This document shows positions 18,984-27,230 of a stretch of DNA of 64,000 nt, one piece after another. The notes below the pieces were generated by a model, which worked only from the letters and a program-made list of their open reading frames with translations, did not search any database and was not told the origin of the DNA. The position numbers and the translations under genes were made by a program. Positions within the stretch are counted from its first letter, which is position 1, and each line of letters starts with the position of its first letter. This DNA is from Bdellovibrionales bacterium (GTDB taxonomy: Bacteria > Bdellovibrionota > UBA1018 > CAIMNF01): NCBI GenBank assembly GCA_018969905.1, contig JAGWXK010000001.1, positions 4,587-68,586 on the forward strand, read 5' to 3'.

Positions 18984-19970
18984 CTACTCCAAATCACCGA
19001 TCCGTTTTTTCTTAAAGGAAACAATTCTCTCGGGTTGATCACTCCAAGCCATCGCTCTCTGCGAGATGCCTTTGGAATTTATGAATGCCCTTAAAACACG
19101 AGATCTTGAGTCAGCTTCAATCGTCTTTAGGATCGTTTTCTCTTTGGTCCCGCATTCCGTGCAAGCGGCAATCAGAGTATTCAATACCTGAGCACCCACA
19201 GTATAGGGACCATTTAGGTTTTTATCACAAGCAGGATATCCTGCATAGGCATGACCCTCTGGACAAATCGCATGCATAAAGCCCAATGATTGCCCGTTTC
19301 CATCACTGTGCCTTGCTTCATGGAAAAGAGTTGATAGTCGGGATATGGAATTGGCTGGATGATCCTGAGTGTTGGGGTTTACTCGCATTCGCTCAAGAAA
19401 AAGACCTGAGCCAATCTGGATTACACCACTGCGTGGCGAAAGAATGGGGAAGAGGGATCCGTCAGTCCTCTGCAGAACGAGCAAAACACCATTTTGTTTT
19501 CCAAGCAAATACAAGCCGGCGCCAGTATTTGACATTACGATCACGGGATCGTGAGTGCCTCCGGAACCACCTCCCACTGGCTTTGGATTACCGCCCGCGA
19601 GGTCTGGAATCGGCAGGGTTTTTGGCTCGGGGTAGACGACCCTTCCTGACCCCACCAAAATGGATTTCTCCAAATCCATTCTCTCGGAGATGATCAGTGC
19701 CACTCTCTGACCCAGCCACTCACGAAGAACTTCCGGACTGATCGCGCGATCAATACCGAGGAGATTTTTTGTGACTTCATCCTTTTCATTGTGTCGAAAT
19801 TGGAGTCGATCGAGATAGGCCTGATCTAGCTCAATAGATCGAGCCTGGTCTTTTGGCACAGAATGATCGATTTCAATGGCCAGGGTAAATTGAATGGAAA
19901 TGAAGAACGTCACCAAAGAAAAGAAAACACCCAGCATAAAGCCTCCATCCCAGAAAACGGGATGGCGCAA
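18984..19970 (-). CDS. hypothetical membrane-anchored protein with an HEXXH motif (candidate zinc metallopeptidase)
   Basis: N-terminal TM (GVFFSLVTFFISIQFTLAI); FHEARH ... FMHAICPEGH gives an HEXXH followed by a possible third ligand; Gly-rich linker. Confidence 0.5.
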   Translation of the reverse strand: MRHPVFWDGGFMLGVFFSLVTFFISIQFTLAIEIDHSVPKDQARSIELDQAYLDRLQFRHNEKDEVTKNLLGIDRAISPEVLREWLGQRVALIISERMDLEKSILVGSGRVVYPEPKTLPIPDLAGGNPKPVGGGSGGTHDPVIVMSNTGAGLYLLGKQNGVLLVLQRTDGSLFPILSPRSGVIQIGSGLFLERMRVNPNTQDHPANSISRLSTLFHEARHSDGNGQSLGFMHAICPEGHAYAGYPACDKNLNGPYTVGAQVLNTLIAACTECGTKEKTILKTIEADSRSRVLRAFINSKGISQRAMAWSDQPERIVSFKKKRIGDLE

Positions 19971-20057
19971 AGCTAAATGAATTTCATTCTTTTGTAAACA
20001 ATATTAATTTAATTAATGCGGTCGAGATCGATACCATTCTGGCGTTGGGGTAAAATT

Positions 20058-20375
20058 TCACTTCTTTCGCGGTAGAAAATCGCTATGGACTGCAATAAAT
20101 CTCTTTACCGCAGTGTTTACGATCTCAGATTCACCGAACTTGGTGAATTCAGCCATTTTCTTTATGGTTTCAGCAACTTCCTTCTCAAGAGTGAGAGTGA
20201 TCTGGGCGGTAGTACCCTTCAATACATAATCTTCTTTCATAGTCCCTGGACAGTATTCATAATTCGCGAATCGGTCAATGGGTATCCAAAAGGATGCCCT
20301 GTCTAGATTTTTTACAGCTGTAGAGTACAAATCTTGGACATCAGGCTTAGTACCTATCCATGGCATTTGGGGCAT
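20058..20375 (-). CDS. small hypothetical protein with a ribbon-helix-helix-like C-terminus
   Basis: AQITLTLEKEVAETIKKMAEFTKFGESEIVNTAVKRFIA looks like a CopG/Arc RHH. I trimmed the start to the internal ATG (MPQMPW) because the longer ORF overlaps the divergent 701-aa gene. Confidence 0.35.
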   Translation of the reverse strand: MPQMPWIGTKPDVQDLYSTAVKNLDRASFWIPIDRFANYEYCPGTMKEDYVLKGTTAQITLTLEKEVAETIKKMAEFTKFGESEIVNTAVKRFIAVHSDFLPRKK

Positions 20376-20428
20376 GGCCCTAAACTTGCTTACATAGTTC
20401 TGAGAGATTTTTTTGATAGGAGAGTTGT

Positions 20429-22534
20429 ATGAAAAGAGCCATTTACAGTTCATTACTTTTAGTTGCGCTTTTGGGAGCGCCGCAAATCGGATTCGCTGGA
20501 CCAACAGACTGCCCAAAATTATCCGCCTTTGGAAAAGACTCAACAAAAACAGCCGACATCCAAGCTCTTCAACAGATTCTAAACTATTTGAATCCAAACC
20601 TAAATTTGGTGGAAGATGGCAATTTTAATACAGAAACTAAGAATGCTTTGATTCAGTTCCGTAATAAACACAAACTCAAAAACACGGGAAGCGGCGCTAC
20701 TTATCCAGCATATGTCTCCGAACCAGTAAAACAAAAGCTTGAGTCAGAATGGAAGAATAAGGCGGAGGCTGAAGCGAAGGCGGAGGCTGAAGCGAAGGCG
20801 CCGGCTGATGCGAAGGCGGAGGCTGAAGCGAAGGCGGAGGCTGAAGCGAAGGCGCCGGCTGAAGCGAAGGCGCCGGCTGAGGCGAAGGCGCCGGCTGAGG
20901 CGAAGGCGCCGGCTGAGGCGAAGGCGCCGGCTGTCATTACTTATCTAAATTCTGAGGATCTTGATGAACACGGATTAAGGCTTGAGTTTGTAGACTACAA
21001 TCTTGTTGTCTCAGGGTACCTTCCCAAAGAGTGCGCAAAGCTCCTCAAAATCGGCAACAAAGAAGTTTTCGGTGCTGAAAGCCCAGATTCCACAAGCGCG
21101 CTGGCCAGCGTAGAGGATCTCGAGAGCCGCTCTAAACGGGTCGGCATTCAAGTGAAGTTTCATGGAGATCAAAATGAAAAATCACTTGCTGAGTGCGTGG
21201 AACATCACAAGGACGGCGAGAGACAAAAATTAACACTTAAAAAGTATGTTGATCACTCCAATCAGTCGATGATCGCTGGACTTTTGGGTGAGGCTGATGA
21301 GTTCAGTGCCATTTCCCCAAGGGTTGCATCCCCAACCTTCAAAAAGCTCGAGCTCGCCATCGGCAACTGCCCTACCTGTGACCATAACCCGGATCAGGCG
21401 CGCGAACTTCTAAGCGAGCTGAATGGATTGGGCTCAGGCTTCCTCATCGGTACCCAGAAGGAACTCATTCGAAAATCCTTGAATCAAATCGAGGAAGGAA
21501 TAAAGAGTGCAAAATCCTTACATGAGCTGAAGATTCTTCAAGCTGAGCTATCGGACCTTGCGAAACGAATCGAGACACTAGCTCTCAGCGAAGCTGACAA
21601 GGAAGCTATGTTAACGGCGATCAGTGCCGGTATGGATTTGTTGCTTTCAGCAAATGAAAAGGTTTTAGCAGACTCGAAGAAAGCCTGTAGCGAGAAGCGT
21701 CAGGGCCGAAGCTTTTATTCAAGAAAGACTTGCGGCTCCGAATCTGACCATGCGGATTTCATCGCTTCCACGCATGAGGCGATCTCGAAACTCCCCGGGC
21801 TTGATGAAGCAAGTCGCGAAAGTGAACTCCGGGTCGCTTCAGAATTTGCTCCAGGCGGTCTCGGTCGCGTTGACTTCATTTCGCAATTTGATCCTGCACA
21901 CGAGGAGGTGGTGGATGCTCTGAATCAAGGACAGGCCGACCTTCAGTATCTCAGCATGAACGCTCAGCGATCTTGTGCTTGGCTCACTCCGGCAACCTTC
22001 GCAAGCTGCAATCAAGCAAGGTATGAATATCAGCAGACTCTTGAAACCTATCAGAGCCTGTCTCAGCGATACTCAAACCTTCAATCCACAACGATGTACG
22101 GCCAGAGTGCGTTCGGACCAAATGGACTCCAGTCCAACGGATTTCAGTACTCCACTTTCCCAATCAATGGTCAAATCCCTCAAAATTTCGGCCAAAATAA
22201 CGGATTCAACCAGGGAAATGCGTTCATGACGAATACAGCGTTCGGACCAAACTACGGAACAGCTTCGAACTTCGGAGTTGGGCAAACCAGTCCATTTGGC
22301 TCCAGTCAGTGGAATGGATTTCCGCAGCAAACAGGGTTTCAACAAAATGGAAGTCAATTTGGAGCTCAAGCCGGGAGTTCTCCGAACGGATTCAGTTACG
22401 CAACCTTCCCCTTGAGTGGAACTCCACAAAACGGGAACTTTGTCCAGCCCTCAAATGGGATGCCGAACTCGCAAAACTTGCCCGTCGCAATTCCCCTCGG
22501 AGGAAATATGAACTCCTGGGGACAATCGGGGTAA
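20429..22534 (+). CDS. secreted protein: signal peptide, putative peptidoglycan-binding domain, AEAKAP tandem repeats, helical Cys-containing middle domain, Q/N/G/F-rich C-terminal tail
   Basis: GGAGAG RBS; signal peptide MKRAIYSSLLLVALLGAPQIGFA; PG_binding-like segment (ADIQALQQILNYLNPNLNLVEDGNFNTETKNALIQFRNKH); (A/P)EAKA repeats; about 160-aa NGF/FGP/QN-rich tail. Confidence 0.7.
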   Translation: MKRAIYSSLLLVALLGAPQIGFAGPTDCPKLSAFGKDSTKTADIQALQQILNYLNPNLNLVEDGNFNTETKNALIQFRNKHKLKNTGSGATYPAYVSEPVKQKLESEWKNKAEAEAKAEAEAKAPADAKAEAEAKAEAEAKAPAEAKAPAEAKAPAEAKAPAEAKAPAVITYLNSEDLDEHGLRLEFVDYNLVVSGYLPKECAKLLKIGNKEVFGAESPDSTSALASVEDLESRSKRVGIQVKFHGDQNEKSLAECVEHHKDGERQKLTLKKYVDHSNQSMIAGLLGEADEFSAISPRVASPTFKKLELAIGNCPTCDHNPDQARELLSELNGLGSGFLIGTQKELIRKSLNQIEEGIKSAKSLHELKILQAELSDLAKRIETLALSEADKEAMLTAISAGMDLLLSANEKVLADSKKACSEKRQGRSFYSRKTCGSESDHADFIASTHEAISKLPGLDEASRESELRVASEFAPGGLGRVDFISQFDPAHEEVVDALNQGQADLQYLSMNAQRSCAWLTPATFASCNQARYEYQQTLETYQSLSQRYSNLQSTTMYGQSAFGPNGLQSNGFQYSTFPINGQIPQNFGQNNGFNQGNAFMTNTAFGPNYGTASNFGVGQTSPFGSSQWNGFPQQTGFQQNGSQFGAQAGSSPNGFSYATFPLSGTPQNGNFVQPSNGMPNSQNLPVAIPLGGNMNSWGQSG
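20759..20933 (+). repeat. in-frame 18-bp tandem repeat, about 9.7 copies (aaggcg[g/c][a/c]ggctga[a/g]gcg), encoding KAEAEA/KAPAEA
   Basis: Directly visible periodicity in the sequence. Confidence 0.9.
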
Positions 22535-22574
22535 CGGCGAGTCTCTTAACTCTATTTAAATAAAAACTCTCAAA

Positions 22575-22603
22575 ACAGAGCGGGCAACCGCTCTGTTTTT
22601 TTA
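22575..22603 (+). terminator. rho-independent terminator of the 701-aa gene
   Basis: acagagcgg-gcaa-ccgctctgt hairpin followed by TTTTTTT. Confidence 0.65.
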
Positions 22604-22684
22604 TTTGACGGAAATCTGACGAACCGTTATCCCTTAATCATAGACATCAGTTGTTGCTTACATCAGTTTTGAAAGGGGATTTTA

Positions 22685-22903
22685 ATGGCAACTCAGGTAA
22701 AAGGCACCGTGAAGTGGTTCAACGACGCGAAAGGTTTCGGTTTCGTACAAACCGAGTCGGTAGACGGAGACATTTTCGTTCATTATAGCGCGATTCAGGG
22801 AGATGGGTTCAAAACTCTTTCCGAAGGTCAAGCAGTGCAGTTCGAATTGGTTTCTGGTCCAAAGGGCCCACAAGCATACAACGTAACCAAGTTCGAGAAT
22901 TAG
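22685..22903 (+). CDS. cspA: cold-shock protein, CspA family
   Basis: [16 protein letters not shown] (RNP1) and DIFVHYS (RNP2). Confidence 0.95.
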   Translation: MATQVKGTVKWFNDAKGFGFVQTESVDGDIFVHYSAIQGDGFKTLSEGQAVQFELVSGPKGPQAYNVTKFEN

Positions 22904-22927
22904 TTCTTGTAGATTGGTGAGTAAATG

Positions 22928-22958
22928 AAAGCCCCGTGTTCAACACGGGGCTTTTTTT
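22928..22958. terminator. bidirectional rho-independent terminator (cspA on +, aldehyde dehydrogenase on -)
   Basis: aaagccccgtg-ttca-acacggggc hairpin with T-runs on both strands. Confidence 0.65.
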
Positions 22959-24354
22959 ATTTCTCAGCGCACTCCAAAGCCAACTGTCCGAGAAGACGAT
23001 GTCCCAGCCGGCCATGATTGCCGCTACGCTTTCGGGCAATCGCCCCCTTCCACGGATCAAGCTCAAAGAGGCTAGCACCTAAGGTTACAAGACCGACCTT
23101 TTGTGCAAGCACCAACTGTTCGGGACTTGAGGGGTTTCCAAAAAAAGAACAAGCAAGGCCATAAGTCAAATCATCAAATAAACCCAGGAGCTCGTCAAAG
23201 TCGGCATAAGATACCATCGTGAGGTGAGGGCCTAAAACCTCAGTCTGGAAGCTTTCCATTTTCCTCATTTGCCCGGGTCTGATCTCTCGAAAAGCCGCGA
23301 GAGTTGGGGTGGAAAAACAAGAGTGCGTGCGACTCGAATCGCGATTGCCCTTCAGCTCGAATCTGGCTCCTTCCCGCTCAAGCACATTGATAAACTTCAA
23401 ATACCGTTCAACACGAGCCTGGTCTTGAAGGACCCCGATCCAATTCGCTCCACCTTCATCAGTTCCCGATGAAGATCGCAGTGCTTTTGACAGACCTTCA
23501 AGTGCATCGTTAAAATGTCGCGCCTGTACGAAGAGCAGGGGCGTACTCAGACAGTGCTGACCCGCGCCTAAAAAAGCATTTTCCAAGATGGTTCCACAGA
23601 TCTCCTCAGTGATCGGCTTATTCAGCACGATGGGATTTTTCGAGCCCAGAAACAAAAGGAGCTCCTTTGACGGCGAGGCGAGCGTGTCCTGCCGAATCCT
23701 CATTCCCGTTTCATAGCCACCCTGAAAAATGATCACATCAACACCATCATTGCAGGCAAGCCTTCGGCCGGTCTCTTGATCGCCCACCAACACCTGTACG
23801 GATTCGAGGCTTCCGCCAAGCGATCGCAGTTCCCGGACCCACTCCAACACGATTCGCGAGACTCTCTCGGAAGGCTTGAGAATGACCTCATTGCCAACTA
23901 GAAGATTCGCGAGAATAAACTGGGTTGAGTGGAAAATCGGCCAAATCGAAGAGGCAATGACAGCACACACACCCCTTGGAACATATTCTGATGGTCGGGT
24001 GGCATTTTCCCGAAGGGAATCAAGATAAGATATCAAAGCATCCATCTCCAGGTCGAAATCGCGCTTCGTTCGGGCGGACTCCTCCTGCACAGTTTTAAGG
24101 AGCCGGTTACGGACTCGAAGGAGCAAAACCCTAATGCGTTCGATCTCGGTGTCGGGCATGGAATGGAGTCCATTGCGGATTCGAAATTCGAAAGACTCAC
24201 GGGCAAGCCCGACCGCAAGCGGAATCTCAGGGAATCGGAACTCAATGCATGCCGTCTGTAGCTTTTGGTTCATTGGAGAAAACCGGTGAATCACACCGCT
24301 GGGAGGACCAGGCGTAGTGGGGTTTTGCCTCAAGATACTTCCCAATTTTTCCAC
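22957..24354 (-). CDS. NAD(P)-dependent aldehyde dehydrogenase family protein
   Basis: ALDH fold with catalytic Cys context FLGAGQHCLST and Glu context ELLLFLGSKNPIV. Confidence 0.8.
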   Translation of the reverse strand: MEKLGSILRQNPTTPGPPSGVIHRFSPMNQKLQTACIEFRFPEIPLAVGLARESFEFRIRNGLHSMPDTEIERIRVLLLRVRNRLLKTVQEESARTKRDFDLEMDALISYLDSLRENATRPSEYVPRGVCAVIASSIWPIFHSTQFILANLLVGNEVILKPSERVSRIVLEWVRELRSLGGSLESVQVLVGDQETGRRLACNDGVDVIIFQGGYETGMRIRQDTLASPSKELLLFLGSKNPIVLNKPITEEICGTILENAFLGAGQHCLSTPLLFVQARHFNDALEGLSKALRSSSGTDEGGANWIGVLQDQARVERYLKFINVLEREGARFELKGNRDSSRTHSCFSTPTLAAFREIRPGQMRKMESFQTEVLGPHLTMVSYADFDELLGLFDDLTYGLACSFFGNPSSPEQLVLAQKVGLVTLGASLFELDPWKGAIARKRSGNHGRLGHRLLGQLALECAEK

Positions 24355-24357
24355 GAT

Positions 24358-25821
24358 TCAACCCTGACTGAGGCGGACCATCAAGTCACGATAGACGGCA
24401 ATCGCAGTCTCCAACTCGCTCCACCGAACGGCCTCATTTGGTCCTTTAGGAAGATGGTCCACTAATCCGCAGCCGATCGCTGAGACCGGAAAACCCGCCC
24501 GGTGAAAAAGTCCCGCATCACTCAGATAGTTGGTACAAATTTCTTTTGATTCCGACGGTCCTATCGCTCCCGGGACAAGATAGTCTCTTTGAATTGAAAA
24601 ATGAAAATGGGGATATTTCTCGGAAGTCCTCTTGACTGAATCGCGCCAGGATGATTCCAAAGCGACCAAATCCACTTCGGGTAAAGTCCTCAATTCGAAA
24701 ACCACTCTCATTTTTCCGTTGGCGGTGGTTAGAATTTTCACTAGCGCACCGGAATTCTCGGGGTGTGAGAAGGATGGATCATTGTTTCGATTCAGGTTGG
24801 CCAGAAAAAGCTTCCACTCGTGATCCAACTCAAGGACCACTTCCACGAGCTCGGACGGTATGAATCGGGTCACGGAATCCGTCATTCCTGCAAAGTCCAC
24901 GCGAAAAAATCGGGCCTGATCTTCGTCACCAATCCGCTCCCGCAGGAATTGCTTGAAATCCTCAAACTGAAACGAGGTGAGCGCAATTCTTGCTGCCGCC
25001 AGGTCGGGGTTGGTTCCTGATGCGTTTTTCACTTCAATGGCCGACCACTGAAAATCGAAGCCGCTTTCTGTGGCCTGCAGCAACAAATCAATCAGGAGTT
25101 CATAGGCATTGATTGCATTTTTTGGTGTCGAAAAGTCAACCCCGAGTCCATAAGCGGTGATGCTCAAACTTCTGTTGTAGCCACGGGAATCCCGATCGCG
25201 AATCGAGGAGTCAAGATCCACCGAGAAGGACACCTGCCCCGTTGCCCTGCTTTGACTCTTCAGGCCAGTAGGCGCAAAGGTGTGGACCGTCTTCGGATTC
25301 ACCGCAAGCGATTCGATCAAAAACCGGCTTCCCATCATGCCTGAGTGTGATGCGCAGGTTCCCACAAGATAAATCGGACTGCGAGTGCGCTTGTCCACTA
25401 GATCAATGGCCGCAAATATTCTGCACAGAAAATCGAGTTTCCCCTGTACGGCTCCAGCGCCGACAATTCCTTGGTCATTCACAATCGGAGCTTGAGGATT
25501 GCCCTGAGTGGCCGTCCAAAGGTGCGGAAGATTTCCGGTTGATACATCCAGCGGATTCACAAAAAGATGCCCTCTACGCGTCGTTCGATCCACAAGTGGA
25601 TCCGAGACAAATCCCAACAGATTTGCTTGCCGTTTGGAAAGCAGGTCCGAGGAATGACTTACGGGTTGCACCGAAGTCTTCATCCCGTAGTCATGCATTG
25701 CCGCCTGAAGGTATCTTACCAGTTCCTCATTGCCGGACTCGGCATGAGATGGAATGCTCAAAATTCGTTTCGCGTGTTCTTTGAATTTATCAAAACTCAA
25801 CATCTTGTTTTTGAATATCAA
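24358..25821 (-). CDS. M20 family metallopeptidase (ArgE/DapE-like deacylase)
   Basis: C-terminal M20 signature AIGCGLVDHLPKGPNEAVRWSELETAIAVYRDLM; 3-bp spacing to the aldehyde dehydrogenase gene implies one operon. Confidence 0.65.
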   Translation of the reverse strand: MIFKNKMLSFDKFKEHAKRILSIPSHAESGNEELVRYLQAAMHDYGMKTSVQPVSHSSDLLSKRQANLLGFVSDPLVDRTTRRGHLFVNPLDVSTGNLPHLWTATQGNPQAPIVNDQGIVGAGAVQGKLDFLCRIFAAIDLVDKRTRSPIYLVGTCASHSGMMGSRFLIESLAVNPKTVHTFAPTGLKSQSRATGQVSFSVDLDSSIRDRDSRGYNRSLSITAYGLGVDFSTPKNAINAYELLIDLLLQATESGFDFQWSAIEVKNASGTNPDLAAARIALTSFQFEDFKQFLRERIGDEDQARFFRVDFAGMTDSVTRFIPSELVEVVLELDHEWKLFLANLNRNNDPSFSHPENSGALVKILTTANGKMRVVFELRTLPEVDLVALESSWRDSVKRTSEKYPHFHFSIQRDYLVPGAIGPSESKEICTNYLSDAGLFHRAGFPVSAIGCGLVDHLPKGPNEAVRWSELETAIAVYRDLMVRLSQG

Positions 25822-25871
25822 AGACTTATTTTTGTTGCAATGAAAGAGGGCCTGTCGCTAGATTATGTCAA

Positions 25872-26567
25872 ATGGCAGATCTGACCCAACTCGAACGCGC
25901 TGGCAAATTCAAGGAGGCGATCGAGGCTCTGAAGTCTTCCCCCACCTATGATGCCAGCTATTTTTATAATCTTGGGGTGCTTCATGGAAAAATTGGCTCT
26001 CCGGGCCAAGCGGTAGCCTATCTTGAGAAAGCCAATCACCTAAAACCCCACGATCCTGAGATTCAGCGAAACTTGATTCTTGCAAAAAATGCCTTGCAAA
26101 GCTCGCTTGATTCCAACAACTCCGAGATTGGAATCGATAGCACCTCAAGCCCCTTGGAGTTATTCTCCGACCGGATCCAGGCCGATGAGATCTTCGGCGT
26201 AATCGGCATGATCTCCTTGATTGTCTCGATTTTGTGGATTCGAGCGTATTTGAAGACGCGTAATTTGCTCAAGACCTTGCTGAAGCCCTCTGGTTGGTTC
26301 GGGCTTCTCGGACTGATCGTGGTTTTCGCATTTTATGGCTTTTATCGATCAGCGAATTCCACCCCCCCTGCCGTTTTGATTACCAGAGAATTGCTCCGCA
26401 GCGGTCCCGGACTTACATTTCCTGAAATCGCTCCAATTGAAACCGGTGTAAAGGTTCGGCTCGTTGGCCCCCCCTCGAGTGTAAATGAAAATGAAACATG
26501 GCAGAAAGTGCGCTATAAGGGTAACGAAACCGCTTGGTTGCCCGCTTCAAGCCTGCTTCCACTTTAG
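25872..26567 (+). CDS. BatE-like protein: TPR, two TM helices, SH3b-like C-terminus
   Basis: TPR-like N-terminus, hydrophobic helices (IFGVIGMISLIVSILWI; WFGLLGLIVVFAFYGF), C-terminal KVRYKGNETAWLPASSL resembling SH3b. Confidence 0.5.
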   Translation: MADLTQLERAGKFKEAIEALKSSPTYDASYFYNLGVLHGKIGSPGQAVAYLEKANHLKPHDPEIQRNLILAKNALQSSLDSNNSEIGIDSTSSPLELFSDRIQADEIFGVIGMISLIVSILWIRAYLKTRNLLKTLLKPSGWFGLLGLIVVFAFYGFYRSANSTPPAVLITRELLRSGPGLTFPEIAPIETGVKVRLVGPPSSVNENETWQKVRYKGNETAWLPASSLLPL

Positions 26568-26575
26568 GAGAAAGT

Positions 26576-27226
26576 ATGAAAGCGCTGAAATTTGGTTTTT
26601 CCCTCATTCTGCTCGCGTGCTCATGCCAGATTTTCTTGGGATGTGCGGGAAAGACCATCAATGAAAATGACCCCAAAGAGTTATACGAGGATGCGGACGA
26701 GGATGTAAAAAACGACCGCTTTCTGCTCGCTCTCGACAAGTTGCGCGTAATCAAGAGTAAGTTTTCCTATTCCAGTTATGGAGCGCTCTCACAACTCAGA
26801 ATTGGTGACGTTTATTTCCTTCAGGAGTCATACCCTGAGGCTGCATCAGCTTACGAAACATTCGTCGAACTTTATCCGAAGCACGAGCGCGCACCCTATG
26901 CGCTATTCCGTGCGGGCGAATCCTTTTTCAACGACATACCCTCCACGATCGCCAGAGACTTGAGATCTGCCGAAAGTGCTGTCGCCTCTTTTTCCTTGTA
27001 CTTGCGACGGTATCCCAGCGGTGAACATTCGATTGCGGCCTTGGACCTCAAGAAAAAGGCATACAACAAGCTCGCCGAAAAGGAGATGGAGATTGCGGAG
27101 TTTTACATCAAGAGAAAAAAGCCTGCCTCTGCTAAATCCCGTCTTGAAAAGATCCTTAATCTCTACACCGAATCCGACCTGGCTTCCAAAGCCCGGACGT
27201 TAATGGAGAAGCTTCCCTCTGAATGA
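26576..27226 (+). CDS. bamD: outer membrane protein assembly factor BamD (lipoprotein)
   Basis: AGGAG RBS; lipobox FLGC; TPR-like repeats with BamD-like YALFRAGESFF. Confidence 0.75.
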   Translation: MKALKFGFSLILLACSCQIFLGCAGKTINENDPKELYEDADEDVKNDRFLLALDKLRVIKSKFSYSSYGALSQLRIGDVYFLQESYPEAASAYETFVELYPKHERAPYALFRAGESFFNDIPSTIARDLRSAESAVASFSLYLRRYPSGEHSIAALDLKKKAYNKLAEKEMEIAEFYIKRKKPASAKSRLEKILNLYTESDLASKARTLMEKLPSE

Positions 27227-27230
27227 GCCC

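Noticed and set aside
20759-20933. CRISPR array
   Set aside because: The repeats are contiguous 18-bp units with no spacers, in frame within a protein-coding gene. No cas genes are present anywhere in the window.
20701-20948. ORFs encoding poly-Arg (RRRLKRRRR...) on the + strand and poly-Ala/Phe/Ser on the - strand
   Set aside because: These are frame-shifted or antisense readings of the 18-bp tandem repeat inside the 701-aa secreted-protein gene, so they are shadow ORFs.
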